Positions 57,266-64,000 of a DNA stretch of 64,000 nt are shown piece after piece. Source of the stretch: Hyphomicrobiaceae bacterium (GTDB taxonomy: Bacteria; Pseudomonadota; Alphaproteobacteria; Rhizobiales; Hyphomicrobiaceae); the NCBI GenBank assembly GCA_031379035.1, contig JANNEU010000083.1:2854-66853 (forward strand), read 5' to 3'. Numbering within the stretch: position 1 is the stretch's first letter; each line of letters begins with the position of its first letter. Below the pieces are notes generated by a model. It saw only the letters and a program-made list of their open reading frames with translations, did not search any database and was not told where the DNA came from. Made by a program: the position numbers and the translations under genes.

Positions 57266-58366
57266 TTAACGGCCGTGCGGTTTACCTGCGTCGAATGCCG
57301 CCTTTTGCGCTGGACTTGCATCGGTCTGGTACTTTGCCTGCCAATCTTTGTACGGCATGCCGTAAACGTGAGCGCGCGCAGCGTCCTTGCTCACGTCGAG
57401 GCCTTTTTCGGCCGCGGCTTCCTGATACCAATTGGAAAGGCAGTTGCGGCAAAATCCGGCGAGATTCATCATGTCGATGTTCTGCACGTCGGTCCGGCTT
57501 CGCAGGTGGGCGACCAGCTTGCGGAACGCGGCGGCTTCCAGTTCTGTTTGGGTTGCGCTGTCAGGACCGGGCTTTGGTGATGCCGTCATGTTTTGCTCCT
57601 TCGGTCGTGCGGACCGGTGCTGTGCGTCCAGAATGCGCGTGAGTATTTCGGCAGTTCGATCTGCCCAGAGCTGCTGGCCGTGCGCGTCAGCAACGAGGTC
57701 CTGACGATACTCTATCACAGCATTCGGCAGGCGATGTGGCCGCGCGTGTTGGAAAAGCGTATCGCCGTGCAGGCCGCCGGCATAGGGGACATTGTCGCCC
57801 ACGACTAGATTGGGGTCCGCGCGAAACTCGCGCAAGAGTGCCTGCGCCAGGCCGAAGTCGTCTTGCCACAGGATCGATACGTGCCAGGGCCGGGAGATGC
57901 CCTTCCAGGCGTGCGTCATGGAATGGACGGAGAGGATGATCGGCGCTTGTTCAGCCGGACGGCAGGCAGACACGACGCGTTCGACTGCCTGGTGGTAGGG
58001 TTGGTAGTAGCGGCTGATCCGACGGTTCCGCTCACTCTCAGGCAGATCGCGGTTCCCCGGGATCACTGCACCGTCAGACAACTGCATGATCAGTGTGGGA
58101 TCGTCCTCACCTCGATTGGGGTCAATCAATAGGCGAGATACACGCGTGAGAACGGCCGGTGCGCCTAAGACTGCAGCCAGGCGTTCGGTGATTGCGGCAG
58201 CGCCGATGTCATAGGCGATATGGCGTTCGAATTCGGATGGTCGCAGTCCGAGGCTGGCGTAGCCGTCCGGGAGGGCGTTGCTGGCGTGATCGCACAGCAA
58301 GATCATGCCGCAGTCAGTCCGGCCGCCAATGATCCGGTAACCCTCGGCTGTTTCATTCAAGATCAT
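57266..58366 (-). CDS. N-formylglutamate amidohydrolase fused in frame to a DUF1244 domain
   Basis: The N-terminal part has GMILLCDHASN..LLIDPNRG.. (FGase family). The C-terminal 107 aa (from the ATG at 57589) has the DUF1244 pattern FCRNCLSNWY. It is one uninterrupted 366-codon ORF. Confidence 0.8.
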   Translation of the reverse strand: MILNETAEGYRIIGGRTDCGMILLCDHASNALPDGYASLGLRPSEFERHIAYDIGAAAITERLAAVLGAPAVLTRVSRLLIDPNRGEDDPTLIMQLSDGAVIPGNRDLPESERNRRISRYYQPYHQAVERVVSACRPAEQAPIILSVHSMTHAWKGISRPWHVSILWQDDFGLAQALLREFRADPNLVVGDNVPYAGGLHGDTLFQHARPHRLPNAVIEYRQDLVADAHGQQLWADRTAEILTRILDAQHRSARPKEQNMTASPKPGPDSATQTELEAAAFRKLVAHLRSRTDVQNIDMMNLAGFCRNCLSNWYQEAAAEKGLDVSKDAARAHVYGMPYKDWQAKYQTDASPAQKAAFDAGKPHGR

Positions 58367-58484
58367 CGGGACTGTCGGAATGCGGGGTTAAACGACGACG
58401 ATGGTCAAATCATAGCCACAATGAACCACGGTTCAACGAATGCTAACGGTTTCACCCTAAGGTCTCCTGGCGGTCCATCCAAGG

Positions 58485-59477
58485 GTGAAATCCATGACGG
58501 CGTTTCGGCAGCTGCTTGCCATTCTACTCCTGCTGGCCCTGGAAACCGGGCCGACTGCGGCACAAACCTCGACGGATCGTGAGATCCAGGATTCGGTCGC
58601 ATATGCCTATGCTAACTCCACGGCGGGGCCGGTGACGCTGCCACTGCGTGGGATAGCCACGCTGGACTTGCCCAAGGACTTTGTGTTCGTCAACGCAGAA
58701 GCCAGCCGGCGTCTGTCGCACGGGATTGGCAATGGCGCGGGCGATGCGCTTTTGGGGCTTATATTGCCAGCAAATACGTTCAGTGGCTGGTATCTTGTCG
58801 TCAATGCTCTCGATACCGGTCACGTCACGCGGGAGGCGATCTCGAAGCTGGATCTGGTCGATGTTCACGCGGCCGTACGAAGCTTGGCGCGCAAGGGCAA
58901 TATAGCGCGGGCGCAATTGGGCTCCGGCCCGATTGACGTTGGTGCTTGGGTCGAGCCACCCAAACAGGACGCCTTGAAGCACCGTTTCACAACGCTGGTG
59001 CGCGTGTTTGAATCCGGACCCAGCATGGGTGGAGACGATTCGGTCTATCTCGACAGCGTGGTCTTTGGGCGGACACGAGCGATAAAGATTTCGCTCATGG
59101 CGGGTTTGTCGGAGTATCCGAAGCACCGGGCAGCGCACGAACGGATCGTCAATGCCGTTGGTTTTCTGCCGGGGCATCGTGCCGAGGACTTCCAGGACGG
59201 AAAAGACAAGCTGTCACGCCATGTCATCGATGTTGTATTCGGTGGCCGGGCCGAAACGGAAATCGAAGCTGAACTGGCTGAAGAAGCCACGGATGCCAAA
59301 CGCCGCGCGGCGATGCCTCGTCCCATGGACGGTGCAACGCAGCTCAGACTGTTGCTCGGCGGGCTGCTCGGAGTGGTCGCACTGGTGCTCTTGATCTTTG
59401 CGTTCCGCGGTGGCCGCGGCGAGAAGGCTGCGGCGAGCACAACGGAGCGGGCAAAACGGACCGCGGCGTGGCGCTGA
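58485..59477 (+). CDS. membrane-anchored hypothetical protein (DUF2167-like)
   Basis: Signal peptide and a C-terminal TM segment LLLGGLLGVVALVLLIFAF. The family assignment is from memory only. Confidence 0.5.
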   Translation: MKSMTAFRQLLAILLLLALETGPTAAQTSTDREIQDSVAYAYANSTAGPVTLPLRGIATLDLPKDFVFVNAEASRRLSHGIGNGAGDALLGLILPANTFSGWYLVVNALDTGHVTREAISKLDLVDVHAAVRSLARKGNIARAQLGSGPIDVGAWVEPPKQDALKHRFTTLVRVFESGPSMGGDDSVYLDSVVFGRTRAIKISLMAGLSEYPKHRAAHERIVNAVGFLPGHRAEDFQDGKDKLSRHVIDVVFGGRAETEIEAELAEEATDAKRRAAMPRPMDGATQLRLLLGGLLGVVALVLLIFAFRGGRGEKAAASTTERAKRTAAWR

Positions 59478-59541
59478 AAGCGGCCGACCTGCGACTTCAG
59501 GGCGCAGGAAGCGGAAGGTCGCCTGTGGCATAGCCGCAGGT

Positions 59542-60603
59542 ATGGTCCGTGTTTCCCTTTTTGCTCTGGCTACTTTGTGTTGCGGGTTAGCCCCCCTGGG
59601 GCCAGCCGTGGGCCAAACCGGGCTGCAAGCGCTTTGCTTCGCACCAGAGACACTGGTTTCACGGCCTGGAGAAGCGGTGCCCGTCAAGCTCGGTCGACCC
59701 ATGCCGATCCGGATGCCCGCGTCTGTGATACCTGTGGCAGCCTCCGTTGTGCAACGCGGGGCCATCCGACGGGTGGAGTTGCCGCGTGGACGCAAGCTAA
59801 TTGCGCTGACACTCGACCTTTGTGAGCAATGGACTGAAGTTGCCGGCTATGACGGTGCTATTGTCGATTACTTGCGCGCGAACAAGATCAAGGCCACGTT
59901 TTTTGCCAGCGGCAAGTGGATGGCGACACATCCGGAGCGAACCCAGCAATTGCTGACCGACGCATTGTTTGAAATGGGAACTCACAATTGGGCCCATAAA
60001 AACGTGCGTGGACTGGTGGGTGCCGACCTGCTGCGTGAGATTACGTCACCGATCGTTACATATCGCCAGCAGCGTCAAACTATTCAGTCGCATCAATGCG
60101 CGGCCGGGCAACGGTTAGCGATGCAGTCGATCCCCGAGCAGCCGGCGCTGTATCGATTCCCGTTTGGGGCGTGCAGTGCGGAAGCGCTGGATGCCGTGCA
60201 GTCTGCGGGCCTGCGGGCCATTCAGTGGGATGTATCGACAGGTGACCCGGCGGCGACACAGTCTGCGCAAGCGATCGCCAATGAAATGATCGCTCATACA
60301 CGACCGGGGTCCATCATCATTGCCCACGCGAATGGCCGCGGCATCCATACTGCTGCGGCATTGCCGCTGGCCATTCCAGCGTTGAAGGCCAAGGGTTTTC
60401 AATTCGTGACTGTCTCTGAGTTGCTGGCGGCGGGGCGGCCGGTGGTGGTGGACAGCTGCTACGACAATAAACCGGGTGATACGGATAAGTACGATGTGTT
60501 CTGGAAGCCAGCCGTGGCGGTGCCCGATGCTGTTTCAGGTGTCGCGGCTGGCCGTCCAGCCGGGACGCCAGTGCCCGGTCTTCGACCTTCAGCGGTGCGT
60601 TGA
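59542..60603 (+). CDS. polysaccharide deacetylase (NodB homology domain)
   Basis: Signal peptide, IALTLDLC, ATFFASGKW, GTHNWAHKN, and IIIAHANG. Confidence 0.8.
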   Translation: MVRVSLFALATLCCGLAPLGPAVGQTGLQALCFAPETLVSRPGEAVPVKLGRPMPIRMPASVIPVAASVVQRGAIRRVELPRGRKLIALTLDLCEQWTEVAGYDGAIVDYLRANKIKATFFASGKWMATHPERTQQLLTDALFEMGTHNWAHKNVRGLVGADLLREITSPIVTYRQQRQTIQSHQCAAGQRLAMQSIPEQPALYRFPFGACSAEALDAVQSAGLRAIQWDVSTGDPAATQSAQAIANEMIAHTRPGSIIIAHANGRGIHTAAALPLAIPALKAKGFQFVTVSELLAAGRPVVVDSCYDNKPGDTDKYDVFWKPAVAVPDAVSGVAAGRPAGTPVPGLRPSAVR

Positions 60604-61005
60604 CATCGGCGCTGAAATTTTCTCCGTCCGGATCATGGGTTTTGAGCACGGCTCACTTGAGGAGGGCGCGGTCGGACTATTCGACTAGGGTCGTTCCGCT
60701 CTTGTTGGAATCGTGGAACGACCCCAGCTCTTTGTTTGGTCGTGCTTCTTATCGGGAAAACCGCTCACACCCACGGATCAAGTCCGAGGGCATGCTTTTC
60801 CCGGAAGCACTCTAGACGCGATACCTGGAGTTTATGCGCACGTTGGCTGATCAAGAGGCGCAGCAAAGGAGCGAACGTCAAGCCGCGAGGAAACGATTGA
60901 CCGGCGTGGCGAACGAGCGCTAACAGCGCTTGTGAAAAGAGCCCCGTTTTGTTGCGCTTTGTGTGCGTCTCGTGCTCCCTGGTCTCAGCCCATGGTGGTC
61001 TGTAC

Positions 61006-62130
61006 ATGACTTCGACTTCAATGCTGGACCAAGCCATGCTGGGTCGCGCGGCGACTACCCGCATCGCTTGGATCGCCGAAGATCGCGAGACGGTCCGGCT
61101 GCTCAGAGAGCCACTGCTCGCCGGTCTGATTGCACAAAGACATAAAGTATTGGTGCTTGCGCCAAATTTGACGGCCGCTGACCGGCTCGCGCTCGTCGCG
61201 AACGGCGTTGAAAGCGAGAATTTGGTGCTCCCGAAACTGCGTCGATTGCCGTTTGCGTTCTATTCGGGGCAACGCCACTTGGCCAACACTCTAAGGGCAT
61301 GGAACGCACGTGCTGTTGTCACTGATGGGGCGAGTGTGATGGGGCTTGGCCTTCGTGCTGCGTTGATGGCCGGTATCACACACCTCTATCCGCTGTGCCC
61401 ATCGAGTGATGACAGTAGCCAGGCAATCACACCCGAGACTCAGTACGCACTCAAGACCGCGACATGCGCTTTTGTCAGCAGCACGGAAGAGGCGCGCCTG
61501 ATCGAGCAGCGTTTTGGACAACGGGGCCTGCCAGGACTGACGGTGTTACCGCTGGCAAGCATTGATCTCCTGGCAACGCGATCCGTGCCCTTGCCCATGC
61601 TCGACGGCGGTTTCGTTTTCCGCGCCATCGAAGGCGCAGAGCCAGGACTATTTGGAGCGGCAGCAGCTTTGCTCGACGGTCGGTCCGCGAAGGCGCGCTT
61701 TGAGTTGTTGGACGGGGCAGAGCTGGACCCTTCGACGGGTCGGAGGGCGGGCTCGAGCACTTTTGATTTCTTTAACGACGACTCGCGGAAAGCTGCACTG
61801 AGTGCTGCCCATGTTGTCGTCGTTGACGGGGCTAGCGCGCGGCATCACTGTGCGCTGGTCACAGCGCTCATTCTGGGTCGGCCGGTACTGGCTCTTGAAA
61901 GCACGTTGACGCGCGACCTGATCGATAGTGGTGTGAATGGCTGGCTGGTCTCGTCAGATGCGGCCGCGTTGGCGGGAGCGATGACTGCCATTCTGAAACG
62001 GCCGGACCTGTTGCCTGGTATGGCGCACGCGGCACGGCAGAAAGCAGAGCGCAGGTTCGCTCATTCGGTGGCTGGTGCCTCGCTGCTCGACGGGCTGGGA
62101 TTGGGTGCGCGGGTGGCGCAAGTCGCCTAA
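61006..62130 (+). CDS. glycosyltransferase family 1/4-like
   Basis: The C-terminal GT-B half is ..ALILGRPVLALESTLTRDLIDSGVNGWLV..AARQKAERRF. Start uncertain. Confidence 0.7.
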   Translation: MTSTSMLDQAMLGRAATTRIAWIAEDRETVRLLREPLLAGLIAQRHKVLVLAPNLTAADRLALVANGVESENLVLPKLRRLPFAFYSGQRHLANTLRAWNARAVVTDGASVMGLGLRAALMAGITHLYPLCPSSDDSSQAITPETQYALKTATCAFVSSTEEARLIEQRFGQRGLPGLTVLPLASIDLLATRSVPLPMLDGGFVFRAIEGAEPGLFGAAAALLDGRSAKARFELLDGAELDPSTGRRAGSSTFDFFNDDSRKAALSAAHVVVVDGASARHHCALVTALILGRPVLALESTLTRDLIDSGVNGWLVSSDAAALAGAMTAILKRPDLLPGMAHAARQKAERRFAHSVAGASLLDGLGLGARVAQVA

Positions 62131-62318
62131 GTGGTATTGGCATTTACGAAATTTCACGGCCCGCCACATTTTCGGACATTTTCACCGTAACTCTGTCCGT
62201 GTGGGGCTATCCGGCCGTCAGCGACTTGCACCGACGGCGGACGATACTTGATAGTGGGCGCTGTTTTTTCCGCTCGTCCCTGGTCGCGGACCCAAGGACT
62301 GCACTGGGGACGCGCATC

Positions 62319-63602
62319 ATGTGGTGGATTGTACTTGTCGCGAGCGCCGCGCTCATTGCTATCGGTGTCTGGTTGCTTGTCCGGGATTTCCTGAAGCCTC
62401 GAGCCGCCGCAAAACCATCACAGGTTCATACACAGACGCTAGCCGAGACGTTGGCGCAAGCGGATGCAATGCCAAGTAGCCCAGGGCCACACGCGGTTCC
62501 TTTGGCGCAGCAACCACAGTTGCAGCCTTTGTTCGCACACCTCGCCGACAGCGCTGGCCCGGATACTATCCCCGTCACCCGACCCACCGGTGCCAGTGCG
62601 GCTCCGTTGCCGGATCCGTCGCAGCCTGGCCGGTTCCCGGCGGTCGAGACCCACTGGGAGCGCCTCAAACCAGAATTTGATACGGCCGTGGCCGCTGTCA
62701 ATGAAAGCATGGCACCATTGGCGGTGAGCATCGCTCGGCCGGGAGAAACGACGTGGAGCCTCCACAATCGTGGATTTGGCGACTACCGGCGGGTGCGGGT
62801 CGGCGGAGAAAGCGTTGCCTGGTTGCGGCTGGAACTGGCAGCCAACATGAGTATTTCTGCACACCTGCGCAGTCATGAGGCGCGCCATGACATGCTCAAC
62901 CGGGTTAGCACCCTTGCCAGGCCCCTGACCGCCAGCCGGATCGCGCCAATGCTGGCCGAATGCCTGGCGGCGCTGGCAACGGCGGCACCGCGATTGATGC
63001 CACAGGCCCCAACTTCTTCAATTGCGGTGCCAAGTCCGTCGCGGATGCCGCATGCGCACGAGAGGCTTGCTATCGACCCGCTTGAACGGGTGGCACCGGA
63101 GAGCCGAGACCGCGGGCACGCATGGCCGCAATGGCTAAACCGCCCGCGGCCGGGTGACGTCGCTGCGGCAGGGATTGCGCCACCGCCGCCGCCAGCCCCG
63201 CCAACCCCTGGCGCAACCCGCACGATCACAGGGTGGGGACGAGCGCGGCACGATGCACTGCCGACGACGGCGCTGATCGATACAGCGGTGACGCTGGTGA
63301 ATTCGGCGTTTGCAGAAACGGGTGCGCGGTTGGTACCGGCGAGTGATGCCATGCGGCGGGACCCGGTCGGACCGGACAGCCGTGCCTTGTCGATTGATGT
63401 GGCTGGTCTGTCGGTTGGTCTGATGCTGATTGAGCCGATGGCAGGGCGGATCGATATTGCCGTGGGCGTGGCTGATATCGCCAATTTTGATACGGCGCGG
63501 CGGCGGTCGCATGATCTCAATGGGCTGACGGTGCATCCATTGGCTGAGACGATTGCGACGTGTGCCTGGCCTGCGATTGCGGCGGCGAAGGCGGGTGGGT
63601 GA
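62319..63602 (+). CDS. hypothetical N-terminally anchored protein
   Basis: [23 protein letters not shown] segment and Pro-rich segments. No recognised domain. Confidence 0.45.
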   Translation: MWWIVLVASAALIAIGVWLLVRDFLKPRAAAKPSQVHTQTLAETLAQADAMPSSPGPHAVPLAQQPQLQPLFAHLADSAGPDTIPVTRPTGASAAPLPDPSQPGRFPAVETHWERLKPEFDTAVAAVNESMAPLAVSIARPGETTWSLHNRGFGDYRRVRVGGESVAWLRLELAANMSISAHLRSHEARHDMLNRVSTLARPLTASRIAPMLAECLAALATAAPRLMPQAPTSSIAVPSPSRMPHAHERLAIDPLERVAPESRDRGHAWPQWLNRPRPGDVAAAGIAPPPPPAPPTPGATRTITGWGRARHDALPTTALIDTAVTLVNSAFAETGARLVPASDAMRRDPVGPDSRALSIDVAGLSVGLMLIEPMAGRIDIAVGVADIANFDTARRRSHDLNGLTVHPLAETIATCAWPAIAAAKAGG

Positions 63603-63625
63603 GTGGTGAATTAGGGCAATAGGCC

Positions 63626-63668
<43 letters not shown>

Positions 63669-63791
63669 AAAGATTTTGTGTGTTCAATACCCGTCAATGG
63701 TCGGGTTGTGGTTTTGTGCGGAACGCGCTGCGTGACGACGCTGCGGATTTGACTTACACCGGCTCACGTTCTCGGAGCCCGATCTCAAATC

Positions 63792-64000
63792 TTGTCACCC
63801 CCCCCGCTCATCTTTGATTTATCAGCCGCTCGGCGCGTGCGAGCGCGCGCATGGAACCGTCACATCGCCAATGCCGGTCCGACGCCAGACTTTTTGTTGA
63901 CGAGAGTGGCGGAAGATTTTTCCGACCGGTTGTCGTTGATCAAGCGGACCTTTGGGGACGCGCTGGACCTTGGATGCCATCATGGTGTGATCGGAGCGCG
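63792..64000 (+). CDS. SAM-dependent methyltransferase, N-terminal part (runs off the right edge)
   Basis: The frame starting at 63792 (TTG) reads SPPPLIFDLSAARRVRARAWNRHIANAGPTPDFLLTRVAEDFSDRLSLIKRTFGDALDLGCHHGVIGA. This resembles the N-terminus of conserved alphaproteobacterial class I methyltransferases. Confidence 0.45.
   Translation, partial: MSPPPLIFDLSAARRVRARAWNRHIANAGPTPDFLLTRVAEDFSDRLSLIKRTFGDALDLGCHHGVIGA

Noticed and set aside
60700-60810. Possible copy of a dispersed alphaproteobacterial intergenic repeat (minus-strand reading ..EKHALGLDPWV..; + ORF 60600..60815)
   Set aside because: The resemblance is to repeats I recall from Bradyrhizobiaceae-type genomes only. There is a single copy in this window, so neither repeat status nor coding status can be supported.

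Overview
This window is a high-GC alphaproteobacterial chromosome segment. Gene content and the G-rich 'GGGTTAGGGTGAGGGG...GGAGAGGG' intergenic palindromes suggest a Hyphomicrobiales/Rhizobiales-like organism. Most of it is core housekeeping DNA: metX (partial, with a candidate SAM-II riboswitch), a core Flp/Tad (Cpa) pilus locus (flp, cpaA-F, tadB, tadC), gst, ffh, rpsP, rimM, sdhCDAB, phaB, sucD-sucA-sucB-lpdA, argB, pssA, irr, rpmF, a degenerate-GGDEF/EAL protein, and several envelope or polysaccharide genes. I recognised no rRNA, tRNA, CRISPR array, integrase or transposase. Five things stand out. (1) An HNH endonuclease gene is enclosed by a perfect 39-bp inverted pair of REP-like hairpin elements. 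This resembles the RAYT layout but with a different nuclease, and it is my best candidate for something undescribed. (2) A 2.9-kb islet sits between sdhA and sdhB and carries hicBA, a frameshifted nucleotidyltransferase cassette and unknown ORFs. (3) An orphan second Flp pilin lies 22.7 kb from the tad locus, and there are CtrA-box motifs in the pilin and cpaB promoters. (4) Two unusual microsatellites are present: a 53-nt alternating purine-pyrimidine tract and a (GTAGGCA)6 array. (5) An N-formylglutamate amidohydrolase and a DUF1244 protein are fused in frame, yet an internal ribosome-binding site is retained. All functional calls come from reading the translated ORFs and recalling motifs. 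No database search or covariance model was run, and start codons are approximate.
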